This document shows, piece after piece, positions 12,905 to 26,710 of a stretch of 64,000 nt of DNA (position 1 is its first letter; every line of letters starts with the position of its first letter). The stretch is from Mizuhopecten yessoensis (Eukaryota): positions 1,438,062 to 1,502,061 of the forward strand of contig NW_018406397.1 of the NCBI RefSeq assembly GCF_002113885.1, given 5' to 3'. The position numbers were made by a program, and so were the translations under genes. The notes under the pieces are model-generated. The model made no database searches, was not told the origin of the DNA, and saw nothing but the letters and a program-made list of their open reading frames with translations.

Positions 12905-12992
12905 GTGAAAAGGTATGGGGTCACCTGCCCGACCACATGGGCTAACATCCGGGCCAACAAGAGTTGAAATAACTTGTTTCATAATTGTTGTA
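12905..12992 (+). mobile_element. SINE fragment related to the 54145-54300 copy
   Basis: GTGAAAAGGTATGGGGTCACCTGCCCGACCACATGGG is nearly identical to GTGGAAAGGTATATGGGATCACTTGCCCGACCACGTGGG at about 54210. Confidence 0.6.
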
Positions 12993-13144
12993 AAACAGAT
13001 GCTTTTTTTATCTTCTCTGCGCACATGTAGAGAAAATACGCACATCGAGAACAGAACCTCTGATTTTGAAGTTGCGTCAAGCCTTCGTCAATACATTATG
13101 AAGAACCGTTGCGAGGTATTTTTCGAAACGTTGTACCCCACGTT

Positions 13145-13715
13145 TTAGTTTCAACAAATTTTATTGGACAAAAAATTGCACAACTGGATAAGACAACAGG
13201 CTTAGCCTATATAAGTCTTCTCCTATCCGGTATTAATTGACAAGAAGCATAAATTTAGTACATGGATCAACGAGACACACTCATATACACTTACAACTAT
13301 ACCATTTCACACATACACCCTCACATACACCCTCACATACACATAATAAATAAGCATTCACAAACACACACACACACACACACAAGCCCTTACTCAAAAT
13401 TTAAGATATACATGTTTATACATATAAATAAATATAAGCATAAGAGGCAATGAAAACAGTCATAATTTTGATTAAATCTGTTAGTAGCAGAAATGTATTG
13501 CTGAACTTTTGAGTGAATAAATAAATTATCATCAGTAGATAGATAAACATTACTAGATGTAAGTAGATCAACAGATTTGAATATCCAAAATGATTAGTGA
13601 TGTCAGTTATGAAATGTCTATAGTTAATATAAAGTGGACATAAGAAGAAATAATGTTCAGCATTTTACCCCACGTGCTTGGTTATACACTATTGTCTATA
13701 TTAAACATAGCGACG
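13145..13715 (-). mobile_element. CR1/L2-group LINE 3' fragment
   Basis: Minus strand reads NAEHYFFLCPLYINYR (C-terminal Cys/His motif, compare EHPYHF..FCPLY in the LINE near 19780). The 3' tail GGAGAAGACTTATATAGG...AATAAAATTTGTTGAAACTAAA resembles the tail at 20070-20152. Confidence 0.7.
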
Positions 13716-16700
13716 AATCGTTACATTTTTTGATTGTCGCCTTTCTATCTGATAGGAGACCCATGCGCTGTAAAATATTCAAAACAAAGTAAGATATAGG
13801 AAAATAAGCCCAATGATTGATATCTGATATTTGTTATTTAATTGGTGAACCACCGTTATATACGTCACGGCGCGTTAATGTGGTTGAGTATATACATGCG
13901 CCAGCTGTTCATACACGAGAATATTAAAATTGACGTAAAAAAGGTCCAGATTATTCTGACCGCTGGGCAAAAAGATGTTACAGTAACTGGTATAATGTAT
14001 GTCAAAGTATTGACCTTATTTAAAAATCTAGATAGAATGTGCCCCTAGGTCAACAAGCTGTGTGGCCAAATCATGAGGTCGGTGCTGTCGTTTCATTCCG
14101 AAATAATTGGGGCAAAAGTTAGCTTGTTTCGCTCCGGGTCTTTGCATTTCTGTGGCAAGTTGTATAAGCGACGTTATTAGAATCTAAATAAGTCACTTAT
14201 ATATCGTTATTCATATAACTGGAATAAAGGTTTGTGTACCTTTTCAGATCCAAACTAGTTCAGTGGGTCGTACGAGTGTAATAATGGGGCTCTCATCAGG
14301 TGCTCAAATTAAATGAATGACCAAGAAGTACTACAAACGTAATCACAAAGTAATGATTTCACGACAATGCTCAGCCTAGTAAAGAAAAAGGACGGATGTG
14401 TTATTAATATCATAAATGTATCCTATGGAGGTTTAGAAATTAGTGCAATTCATGGATAATATAAGATCTGTAGAGACTTTCTGTTCATCCTAGTATGATA
14501 AATTCTAAAACGTCAGCCTTAAGTAAAGTAGTTGAATTGGTGTCTTTAATATTTACCATGTTCTGCATTCCAAAACAATAGTCACTTGAGCGTTTGTTTA
14601 TAAACTATTCACTGTGCTATTTGAAGCGGACTGCCAAGCGTCATATTGACAAAGATATACATGGCGTCTCACAAAAACAGCTACACCCATACATGACAGC
14701 TACACCCATACATGACAAAACCAACACACTAACTGTTAATGTAATTAAAGAAGAGATATTGAGAATGTTTATTCGGGGATTACCCTACTGTGTTTCAAGA
14801 TTTGTGGGTATGCCGTGATTATACAGTTCCAAATGGAGTTGTATTCGACACAGTGCGGAACCAGTAAAACGGATACCCTAGCAAATCAAAATAGAGCAGG
14901 GTTATTCCCCTAATCCTATTCCCTTTCGTTGTGTTTTCCATGAGGCGAACGATTCAGTGACAGCATAACAAACCAAATCACTCCTGTGATGCGCAGCTCC
15001 TTCAAAAAGTTCATTTAAAATGAACAACATTCAGGTATTTTACGGTTCGTGATTTATTTGATTAAAACAAAACTTACAAAACCAATTCATCAAATACAAT
15101 AGGTTGCTCTACCAGTATACTTTTGTTTGTAGAAATTCCATATTAAGCGTGTAGGAATACATAACATTGTACTAGCTAATTTGTGTTGATGTTTCTATAA
15201 ACGCAGAAATAACATTCTCCCAAATCATATAGATTGATAAAGTATTTGTATTCACATTTCAAAACGTACTACTATGCGGATTCCCCGTCGTCCACACCGG
15301 ACTGTTAATTCTAATTTCATCGACAATTTTCACGTGTTCATTAAGGGGAAACTAAACACAGCACTTACGCCCCTTCCACACTCATATACAGAATCACGAG
15401 AAAATCAAGCATACGAGTGTGACTAGACAGCGACTCCTCAATCCGTGGGAAAGGTCTGTTGGGGTTCATTACTCGACAATGCTTCAATATGGATCTGCCT
15501 CGTTATGGGCCACTCGAATAGGGATTTTTCCGTCTTCATTTCACAGGGTTCTATGCTACCACATAGCTGGTGCAACAATGTTTTTTATTGGTTGATACCC
15601 ATGGATTAACGGACAATAGACAACGCACGCGTCCAACAATACAGGCACACGCAACGTTCTAAATTTGATCGTGGAAAAACGGAAATGTGTATCTCTTTAT
15701 AAACAAACAGTAACACCGTCCACTTGTCTTTAAAACAACGCACTACAAGCGTATAAATCAATCAACAAACAATGCCAATCTCCTGTAAACTATAAATAGT
15801 AGTTTTCATGAAATTAAATTCCTTTAGCATGTTTAATTATTTTCGCTGTATGCAGGTTGCATGATGCGTTCCCGGCTATTTCCTGCCCTGGCGAAGCGAA
15901 ATCACTTAATAAAGCGTTTGCACACGCAGAGGAACAGCCGCATTAAATACTGGATTATATAGGTCACGTCGCCTTATTAATGGACAAAATATTCATTCGT
16001 TATTTGGACTTTTAGAATAGAGATATTCAATATATATTTGTGTACTACGATTGGACATATAACTCGGGAATTCGAAAATGTGGGGACAAAAGTAATTAGA
16101 TCCTATTTTTCTTCCGTAATTCTTCGTTGTTTATTCCACCCTTCACAAGTACATCATCATGGTGATTATTTTTGAATTGGGCTTCATTCAGACGAAGAAT
16201 TGGCAATGATGCCACAACATCAGATGCTACTCAATTGCTTTATTCTGTTAAATAGACTGATGACGACTTGTTAATTGGACACTGACCGACGCGAAGGTCT
16301 CAGGTGCAAATGACCAGACATCATCATCACTGACCACTACTGACAGTCTGTACAGTACGTGACTCATGAAAATGCTGACCAGTAGCGATCCCTTCAAGCT
16401 GATGGTTGTTTCGCACCAATTTAAGCAATTCGATCCTATTTCAAAAAAAATGAAAACGCCAGTTGACATTCATTGTATGAAAGCCAACTAAAAGCAAGCA
16501 GCTTAAAAAAAAGATTGAATAGAACGGCCATTTTGCAGGAAGGGTCAGTCTTTTCCAACGTTAAAATTAAGAAATCATGACTATGATGACGTCAATAATT
16601 GGGTTATGACATTCATAGCTGATATGAATGTCAATTGAAATAAGTTTTGTTATATAGCGGCAATGCCATACATATAAATATTTGTAATTCAGCTTGCTGG

Positions 16701-17537
16701 GTTTTTCATCTACATTTTCTAGACGCCGTCAATGAACCTTATACCGAATGTCGTTTAATAAGTGCGCAAGTAAAGTTCCCTGATAAGTGTTTACTTAACT
16801 GATGTTGTACAGTAATAATTCTTCTAATCTGCGTGTGTGCTTGTTAATGTCTGCTGGTAAGAGCAAGAAAACTCGATCAAACGTAGGGGAATACGGCAGC
16901 CTCCAGGTCGATAACTACATGTTTTTCTAAATCTTCATTTTGAAGTGCATCAAATTTAATTGTTGGTGGTCAAAATGTACCTTTTTGATTGACGTTCTGA
17001 AACTTAATATAATTTTAATGCAATATGTGATGTCATTTAAAATTTTCCATTTTGAACCAAAGAAAAAAGATTTACTGCCAAAATACAATCGGAAATGCAC
17101 ACATTACCTTGATGTGAAGCTTTAATGTTCAAAGATACGTGTACAGTGGGTCCTTTCTGTTTTTACTCTTTCAAAATCTGCTATTTGGTAACTTGATTTC
17201 TAAATTATTTACTACATGTAGAATTTTCCTATCCCATATCTATACATTTGCTAGACTTGACTTATATATAGATGCTATGTTTCTGGTTAACGTTTTCTAA
17301 ACGGAGAAACATGTCACTCTTAAAAACAAGTTCGGCTAGTTTCAGATTTTTATAAATCCATATGTTATATTTTCGAGTTTTCTTGTTTTTGCGTTCTGTT
17401 AATTAACCCTCCTTTTAACATTTGATTGAGTCAAGTTCTTCAGCTCATATGATATTTTCTATCAGTAACCCATAGAAGTCGTACTGTATCGCCTTACCTT
17501 GTCTTTTTGAGGGTAGGTGACGTGGTCACCAGTGGGT

Positions 17538-18295
17538 GGGCAACCATTATCCATTATATTTAGTTATTCATTATCATCCAATATATATCCTGATTACTGG
17601 AAAATTGCTCATGTCACGCCTGTATTTAAAGCTAATGATGCACGTATTTCTTCAAACTACAGACCTATTTCACTGATAAGCTGTTTAGAAAACATATTTT
17701 ATTTCATTGTTTATGTCATACATCAAATTCATAAGTACAGGATTCAGAAAAAAGGATTGAAATACTTATATGAATATGTCGCCTTAATTACTAACAAGCG
17801 GATGACAACACTACAAAGTTAAACAACATCGTAAGAATATTATATGTATTAAAGGACAAAACTTGAACCATAAGAGAGAGAGAGAGAGAGAGAGAAGGGG
17901 TGGGGGGGGGGGGGGGGGGGGGGCATCCATTATCCATTATATTTAGTTATTCATTATCATCCAATATATATCCTGGTTACTGGAAAATTGCTCATGTCAC
18001 GCCTGTATTTAAAGCTAATGATGCACGTATTTCTTCATACTACAGACCTATTTCACTGCTAAGCTATTTAGAAAACATATTTTATTTCATTTTTTATGTC
18101 ATACATCAAATTCATAAGTACAGGATTCAGAAAAAAGTATTTAAATACTTATATGAATATGTCTCCTTAATTACTAACAAGCGGATGACAACACTACAAA
18201 GTTAAACAACATCGTAAGAATATTATATGTAATAAAGGACAAAACTTGAACCATAAAAGAGAGAGAGAGAGAAGGGGGGGGGGGGGGGGGGGGGN
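17538..18295. repeat. Near-identical 383 bp tandem duplication, each copy ending in (GA)n plus poly-G
   Basis: ORFs 17517..17822 and 17900..18205 are offset by 383 bp and differ by a few substitutions. Confidence 0.92.
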
Positions 18296-20152
18296 AAATG
18301 GAAATGACTTTAATCGTGACTTAGTGATACTACACTGTAGGCTACATACAATCGCATACTATAAGATAAGTGAACCCAACATAGGTAAAATAAATGTTGT
18401 AAATCATGACAAAGATGCTAGTTATTTGAGCGTGTGGTTTATAAACACATGTATTTATTTTCTTACCTAACCATTCTACCACTCATCAGCTCATTGAACT
18501 CTATCACTCATTAATTTCTTCATTGGAAAAATATGAGCACACTATTCTAATATTCTGTGATTTTTCGAAGGCATTGGTCGTGTGTGGCATAAAGGTCTTC
18601 TACTACACAACTGGAGAATTATGGCATTTCAGGTCAACTTCTTCTTTGGATCAGTAGCTATCTTTCTGATAGAAAGCAAGCAGTATTTATTAAACATTCA
18701 ACTCCACCAACGCTGGTGTACCTCAAGGTTCAGTTCTCGGGCCTTTATTTTTCTTAATGTATGTAAATGATATTTCATGCGAACTCTTCTATTTGTCCAG
18801 ACTTTTCGCTTACGATACATCTCTTTTTTACTCCTCTCTCGACCTGAACCAAATAGAATTAGAAGCAAGTTCTAATCTGAGGAAACTTGAAGTTTGGTCC
18901 AAAGAGTGGATGATGTCTTTCAACCCCATCACAACTGAGGCCCTTATCATCTCAAATCTGCAGCTTCCGTTTGTCCCATCGTTTAACTTCGATGGTACCC
19001 CCATCAAGATTACTAACCAACATAAACACTTAGGTGTTTTTATTTCTAACGACTGTAAATGGAACTTTCGTGTTGATTACATAGTTAGTAAAATAACAAA
19101 ATATAGTGCAACCCTTCGTAAGCTCAAATTCATCTTAAAACGGAACAACTAAGAGAAGTTATTTTTTATCTATATTAGACAACTTCTTGAATATGCATGT
19201 GAGGTTTGGGTTAACTGCGGTGAAACTAACTCCATAACACTGGAGAAAATTCAACTAGAAGCTGTTAGAATTGTCACTGGATTGCGTATTTACACACACA
19301 CACACACACACAAAATATATATATCAGGAAACTGGCTGGTTACCCCTCGCAAAAAGGGGAGATGCTCGGGAACTTTCTCTATCTTATTCTATTGTTAACA
19401 ATATGGCACCGAATTTTCTTATTGACTTGTTGCCAGATTATGTTGGAAATATAGTCCCATATGATTTACGAGGAGCTCACCTGCTGAGAGAACAACAGTT
19501 TCGTTTACATTTATCACAAAATTCGTTCTTTCCTTCAGCAACGAATCTTTGGAATAACCTGAATAACGATATTAGAAAGTCACCCTCATTAAATTCGTTC
19601 AAGTCAAATGTTAAAACGTCCTTGCTGGTGAACAGTAAATCAAGTAAGACATTTGTTAAATATGGATCTAGGAAATTAAATATTCTTCACTGTCGTCTAA
19701 GAAACCGAGCAAGCCCACTTAACTATGATCTTTTTATAGCCAACCTAATAGATTCAGCAGAGTGTCGATGTGGGCATCCCTGTGAACATCCTTATCATTT
19801 TTTACTTTTTTTGTCCCCTATATCAGAACTTACGTAGAATATTATATACAGATTTAGCATGGTATGATGGTGTTATTGATTTAAACTTTCTCTGTAATGG
19901 TGACGCAAGTGTTCTTCAAACGATCATACAAAAAATACCAAATCAGTACAAAATTTTCTAGGTCGGTCGGGATTAAGTGATTTAGTTGATTAATTCTCTG
20001 CTTCTCAATCTATACCCTCACCCCCCGTTCTCTCTCTCTCGCTATGTAAATATGTTATGTATGTTATTTGGAGAAGTCATCTATAAGTTGGAAAAACTAA
20101 CTGACTAATCCTATTGTCATATTATATGTCAATAAAATGTGTTTAAACTAAA
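17538..20152 (+). mobile_element. Decayed CR1/L2-group LINE, reverse transcriptase ORF2 remnant with 3' tail; interrupted and partly duplicated
   Basis: WKIAHVTPVFK..NYRPISL (17540-17690), HSTTHQLIELYH..IFCDFSKA..VWHKGLL (about 18470-18600), GVPQGSVLGPLFFLMYVNDI, LFAYDT, HKHLGV, YQETGWLPL, C-terminal CRCG..EH. Frameshifts and stops throughout. Tail AATAAAATGTGTTTAAACTAAAC. Confidence 0.9.
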
Positions 20153-21189
20153 CGAGTGGGTGGGAGAGTGGGGGTATGAACAAATCTTCTTGAAATCAAT
20201 CGTTTGATACGAAGCGAGACTGATTTATCCAGAGATACATGGTGATGTGCTCAAGACGTCGTCAGGACTAGTAATCCGAATTGGATACTGTCATCATGTG
20301 GATCAGTCAACACCGATAATTAAGTGTACAGAAATGTCGTGTCGAGACACTGTCACCCCAGATGGTGCAATCACCATCATATTGCCTTCAACTTCCCTGA
20401 AATAGTTTGCTATTAAACTTGCAGAATCAGCTAATGAGGTGCGCTTGATTGGCGCGGACCGCTGGCGGCAGCGGAGACAACTAAAAAGAGCGTATTACTC
20501 ACTTCCGCCCAATCCCACACACTACGCCTAGATCAGGTGGGGAGAGGCGACAATGTTTTTGATATTATAGATTCCAAGTGTATAACATTCTCAACAAGTA
20601 CAATTAAATGTTAGAAAAAATATCATCTTTCTAGTGTTTGGCGTGTTTCCTGTTGACAACGTCTTTAGAGACACTGTCTGACTGTTATTCAGTGCAGAAT
20701 ATGAAATAACTAAAACATTTATACACTAATATATCTATATTTTTGTCACAAGATCTTGTTGAGGTATCAACGTACTTGTACAATTGTACAGTTCTCTACC
20801 GTATTAGTAATGTCTCTATTCAATTAAAAAGTGATTTTATTGACCATACTCCCCACGATGTATATCTTTGACATTTATAGCAGAACAAACAACCGATGAA
20901 ATGTGAGTAAATTGGGAACATCTATCATTAAAAGTTCCGTTCAAAAGCATTTTATCTTTCTAGTATATAAAGTTGCCCGTGTATGCCGCTGTGAAGCCGA
21001 ATACTATGACGTCAGTACGTACTTTACATAATAGGAAATGTGTAAAATATATTTCATAAATGGCACTTAAGACTTATCTGAAAATTTACTGGTGACTATT
21101 TTGAAAAGAATGTAAAATACAGGCAGTGATGATTCTAGCTAGACAAGAAGTTTAAAAGTATAAGGTGATATCGTAAAAAAGATTTCAAC

Positions 21190-21830
21190 GGGAATTACTC
21201 AAATACAAATCATAGGTATAAAGTGTAAGGTAGGGTATATCCTTAACTTTAACTTTAACACAAATGAATGGTGTTTTGAGTAAGTAAGCAAATAAACTCA
21301 AGCCTAACACAAATAACAAATATAATGTGTAAAATAGCATATACCCTTAATTTTAACACAAATCACATGCATAATGCATGTTAAGCACATATCCTTTTAA
21401 TTCTCACATAAATCACAGGTACAATATGTAAGGTAACAATGTGTAAGGTAACATATAACCTTTAGTCTATGACCAATGACAGGTATAGTGGATACGATAG
21501 CATACAGCCGTAATTCTCAAATAAATCACAGGTATAGTGGATAAGATAGCATACAGCCTTAATTCTCACATAAATCACAGGTACAATATGTAACGTAACA
21601 ATGTGTAAGGTAACATATAACCTTTAGTCTACGACCAATGACAGGTATAGTGGATACGATAGCATACAGCCCTAATTCTCAAATAAATCACAGGTATAGT
21701 GGATAAGATAGCATACAGCCTTAATTCTCACATAAATCACAGGTACAATATGTCAGGTAGCAATGTGTAAGTTAACATATAACCTTAGTTCTAACACTAG
21801 TCACATGTATGATGTGTAGGTACATGTAGT
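21190..21830. repeat. Degenerate tandem array with a 162 bp higher-order period
   Basis: AATCACAGGTACAATATG at 21411, 21573 and 21735; built from about 49 bp ACAGGTA... subunits. Confidence 0.85.
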
Positions 21831-22222
21831 ACATGTACTTTGTAGATCTCATTATACCGTGTCATACATTGGACCAGCTGCAAACCAGTCATGTTTGTGT
21901 ATACACCTAGTCATAATTAGGCAAAGTCATATTTTACACAGATACGATACCAGCATCTTTCTGGAGCCGACATTTATCATTATTTGAAATTTAACGACTT
22001 ACGAGCCTAAAATATTAACGCGAAACCAGTTATTGTCAGCTCTCTTACACATTATACCTGTCACCGAGTCAGCATGAAGTAACGCGTTAAAGCAAGATTA
22101 TAGTCCGTTAAACAACACGATCATAAAACTAGTACGTGTACGTGCTGTTAGATTCCTTTCCTTGGAAAATAAATCACCTGCTGTATTCACCAAAAGTAAC
22201 GTAATAAGCGACTTATTATATG

Positions 22223-22832
22223 AGTGTGTGGGGCTGTGTGGGAGGTCGTAGTAGTGTGTAGCGCTGTGTGGGAGGTCGTAGTAGTGTGGGGCGCTGTGTG
22301 GGAGGTCGCAGTAGTGTGTGGCGCTGTGTGGGAGGTCGTGGAAGTGTGTGACGCTGTGTGGGAGGTCGTAGTAGGGTGTGACGCTGTGTGGGAGGTCGTA
22401 GTAGTGTGTGACGTTGTGTGGGAGGTCGTAGTAGTGTGTGACGTTGTGTGGGAGGTCGTAGTAGTGTGTGACGCTGTGTTGGAGGTCGCAGTAGTGTGTG
22501 ACGCTGTGTGGGAGGTCGCAGTAGTGTGTGGGGCTGTGTGGGAGGTCGTAGTAGTGTGTGACGCTATGTGGGAGGTCGCAGTAGTGTGTGGGGCTGTGTG
22601 GGAGGTCGTAGTAGTGTGGGGCGCTGTGTGGGAGGTCGCAGTAGTGTGTGGCGCTGTGTGGGAGGGCGTGGTAGTGTGTGACGCTGTGTGGGAGGTCGAA
22701 GAAGTGTGTGACGCTGTGTGGGAGGTCGTGGTAGTGTGTGACGCTGTGTGGGAGGTCGTAGTAGTGTGTGGCGCTGTGTGGGAGGTCGTGGTAGTGTGTG
22801 ACGCTGTGTGGGAGGTCGTAGTAGTGTGTGGG
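22223..22832. repeat. GT-rich minisatellite, 30 bp unit, about 20 copies
   Basis: GTGTGTGACGCTGTGTGGGAGGTCGTAGTA; unit length divisible by 3 explains the three long overlapping ORFs. Confidence 0.97.
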
Positions 22833-23974
22833 GGATGAATTGTCTCCCATGACACTCCCCACTGTCAGAATAATAGCCAAAGTAAATACGTCAAAGTCTC
22901 TGTCTATTAAATTAATTTATGGTAAGATCGCACCGTAAAGTACCACCTCCATTTGAAGGTTGGCTCAGTCAGATGCGGGCTCTTTGTTAAGTCGTAATGT
23001 CCTATCAACACAATGAAGTCATGCAGGGCAACGGCTACATGTATATGACGTTAGGCGTATCAGGAGAGAAGCTGAACTAATATTGTTGTCCAAAAATAGA
23101 TAACAGCGACAAGGATACAAGTTCCAGGTACAAATATTTCAATTTGTACAGCAGTTCAATGTTGGTTTCCTTTAGGCCCTCTCAGCAAAAGATACAGAAG
23201 AAAAATCCCGATTATGCAGGCGGTCCCACGCTAGTCGCCTCATACTATCGTGTAGTGGGGTACGGTTGGCCATTACTTTCCCGAGTATTTAACGGGTTAT
23301 GCGGTTGGTAAAACTGCTTTCATATGATTTATATTAACAAAAAGTATTTAACACCGTAAAAACACTTTCGACCAACAAAGATTTGATGGTGATTTAACGA
23401 GCTCGCAACAGCCAAGGTCACGTGGAGACGGAAACCGCGACCAAGTCTACAATATAAGTCGCTGCAATAATTACACGACTTTGTGACGTTACATGGCGGC
23501 GGTTTAATTACATAAGAGAGAACACATGATAGAAACATGCGGATAACATGTTAGCGTTGTCGCTGCAATTGGAATAAAAGAACTGCGATAGAAAATTGAT
23601 ACATGTAACTTGGAACAGAGCACGGATACACTGAGCACAATTTGCATTTCTTTCAAATGAAAAACTTCAGTTTTTAAATACCAATTTGATCATGAAATCA
23701 ATTATTTAGATGAAGAAAGCGTCCTTGAATATAAAGAGCTAGACTAGAGTATATAGCACATCAAGACTACATCAGCATGCCGCGATACTTATATACGAGA
23801 TCATATTAATGAATGAAATGTGGCTAATAACTGTCATAGTTTTTACACATCTATTTAAAATCCTTCTATTTCCTACATTTCTGACAGCCTTTTAATGTTC
23901 CACCTTGATAGTATGACCAAACATCTAATGAAAAATGGAACCTCTCACAAAATGCATGCTTTGTCATATACCGT

Positions 23975-24333
23975 AGACACGGTAGTCTAGTGGTACGACG
24001 CCGGGCTCGTGACCGAAGGGTTGCGGGTTCGAGTCACGTCACGGCACTGTGTTGTATCCTTGAGCAAGATACTTTACTCCGCTTGTTCCAGTCTATTCAG
24101 CTGTAAATGAGTACGTGGTTGGGTAGTGCTAGAATTGTTGAATACTAGATGTGAGCGCCAAAATGGCAGCACTGGTTGTATGCTCCCCAGAGAGTTGAGA
24201 AACGTATTTCATGGCTGGTTGCAAAGGCCCTATAACCACGGATAATAATTTGTGAACCGCTTTGAGACGACCTACGAACTAGGTGTGATAAAGCGGTACA
24301 TAAGAACCTCGAATTTTCTTATTATTATTATAA
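23975..24333 (+). mobile_element. Full-length tRNA-derived SINE (CORE-like domain)
   Basis: A-box-like GGTAGTCTAGTGG, B-box GGTTCGAGTC, CORE-like GTGTTGTATCCTTGAGCAAGATACTTTAC, (TTA)n tail. A second copy lies inverted at 47906-48200. Confidence 0.85.
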
Positions 24334-24399
24334 TAAAAAGTGTCTGAATATAAATATCTGGGTGTAGCAAGAGTTTATTAAACCTGTGTTACTGATTAA

Positions 24400-24805
24400 A
24401 AAGAGTGTTCGAGATATAAATGTTAACGTCCCAATAACAAATATTCCTGATTATAGCAGTGTTCGAGACATCGATGGTAAAGTCACAATAACAAGTTATC
24501 CTTATTAAAGTGGTACTCGACAAATTGACTGTAACTTCCTAATAACAAATGTTCCCAGTTATAGCAGTGTTCGAGATATCGATGTTAACGTCCCAATATA
24601 AAGTGTTCCTGGTTATAGCAGTGTTCGAGATATCGATGTTAACGTCCCAATAACAAGTTATCCTTATTAAAGTGTTACTCGACAAATTGACTGTAACTTC
24701 CCAATAACAAGTGTTCCTGGTTATATAGTATAGTGTTCGAGACATCGATGTTAACGTCCCAATAACAAGAATTCCTTAGTGAAGTAGTATTCGAGATATC
24801 GATTG
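24400..24805. repeat. Degenerate tandem repeat, about 54 bp unit
   Basis: GTGTTCGAGATATCGATGTTAACGTCCCAATAACAAG recurs with alternating variants. Confidence 0.88.
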
Positions 24806-26582
24806 GTGCTTAACGTATTATAGTATTATAAATTTCTAGCCGCGTAAGAGTGGTTTATCTCCCCTCAAATAATTCTTATAAATAACTTTCAAGAAATGGG
24901 ATTTCTTTTGTTGCCCTATTATTGGTGACATAGAAGATTTCAAATTGGTTTACTGCTTACTTACAAAAAAACAAAATCTTATATTTTTCTGTATCGTCTG
25001 CTCTTAGTTTCCGTTATTGTGTCTCACGACAGTAACGATACTGGATGACACATCGTAAGGTATCTGCAACATATTTCTCTTGCTAGTGTCTTTAATGTAT
25101 AGGAGTCCAACTCGGGGCTACCTGATTTTGACGAGTCAAGTGCTATACTACTTTAAGTAAACAGGGCTAGCCATGGACGCGTTTCCCCAATGGCAGACCT
25201 TGTTCTCGAGTTATGTGTTCTACAGCAATGCTTGAGAACTAAGCGTGTAAAGCTTGTTTCCGGCATGACTATAGCTTTGATCAATGAAAAGAAAACCACA
25301 CCCTTCAGGACTTTTATGAGAAATGATAAAGATGAAATAAACAAAACATTATCAACAATAGTATTCTGTGTGGAAAACAAGTCAGCAAAGCTAGTCCGGA
25401 GTTGGAACACTGGACACTTATGATTGTTATAGAATGTACTATCGCTCCGACAATTGAGCTCCCTGGTCAACAGAAGTGTCCTGGCACAGTTATAGCCAAA
25501 CGAAAGTTAAAGGGAGGTTACTGGATATACGGAAAAAATGGCTGCTGATTCCTTTTCTATCAAGCCTCTCTGACCATGACGTCACCTATACATCAATGGA
25601 CGAAAACAAATCGACTAGACTAAGCCCGTATCGTATTAAGATCGTTGATACGGGTCGTTAACGGAACAAGGAGGCAAGTTAGCGAGGTTAGATCTTCTGA
25701 TAAACGTCATATACAGCCAAGTCCGTTTGCCCTAGGTTTAAACTTAAGGAAATTAGCGTCATATACGTCATGAAAAGTACAAGATTAAGTTTGAAACATA
25801 CAGAGTCTAACTTGAAATAGAACCAATGACAGCTTGTAAAATCAGAGATTCGCCAAACACGATGTTTTATCAATCATCAAACAAACTAAAATTGGAATTT
25901 GAGAGAAAAATAACCGAGAGCTTATAACATTCACAGCATCAAGCCATTTTCCCCGTAAAACGAATTTTGTTTAAGGAGATAGTAAATCCATTAAGAGAAA
26001 CATTTCAAATATCGTATGCATCTTTAAACGAAATCCATTTTTGGATTATTTTTTGTTTGATTTCTTAGGTAACTTTTCAAAGAGCCCAAGATAAATTTGT
26101 CGAAAACAGAAAATAAATTTCGCTTTTAAATGACTTGAGACGTAATCGGTAGAAAATCTCTACGCAGATGATTTGGTTTAAGCCCTTGACCTTTACCGGG
26201 AAAGGAACGAAATCTGTTTCTCATTATAAAGTGGAATGGGACATTTTAATGCCTTCTAAATTCCACTTGAAATTAATCGATATCACCAATCTATGTAAGA
26301 ATCTTACTTTTCGATTAGGAAAAAAAACAAACAAGCAATTCCGAACTAAAGGAAATCGATACCACTAAATGGTAATTCACCTGTTCAAAGTAATCAATTT
26401 CCGGAAAAAGACACGAGTAATGAATTTCTTGTATAGCTCGAACGCCACTTCAGTCTTACTTAAATAATGGCGACCACCTGTTTAGACATCATCAATGAGA
26501 CTCGATACATTAGCATGCAAATCTCGTTCGAGGTAATTGAAATTCAAACTACAGTGAAAAGGTAGAGGAATTTAATGTATCG

Positions 26583-26710
26583 AAAGCATCGAAATCACTA
26601 TTGCTCTTGTGTTGATTAAAAACAAAATATTAAGATATTCAATTATATAAGCATCGAAGCAATAATACTCTTGTGTTGATTTAAAACAAAATATTGAAAT
26701 ATTCAATGAT
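26583..26710. repeat. Two-copy tandem duplication, about 65 bp
   Basis: AAGCATCGAA...CTCTTGTGTTGATT.AAAACAAAATATT...ATATTCAAT occurs twice. Confidence 0.75.

Noticed and set aside
22098-22880. 260 aa His/Tyr-rich and 222 aa Thr/His-rich ORFs suggesting an adhesive or shell protein
   Set aside because: Produced by a 30 bp minisatellite open in several frames on both strands; no supporting flanking exons
25150-25430. Possible reverse transcriptase relic (GLAM...PMADLVLE)
   Set aside because: Needs a frameshift and has no downstream YxDD motif; too weak to call
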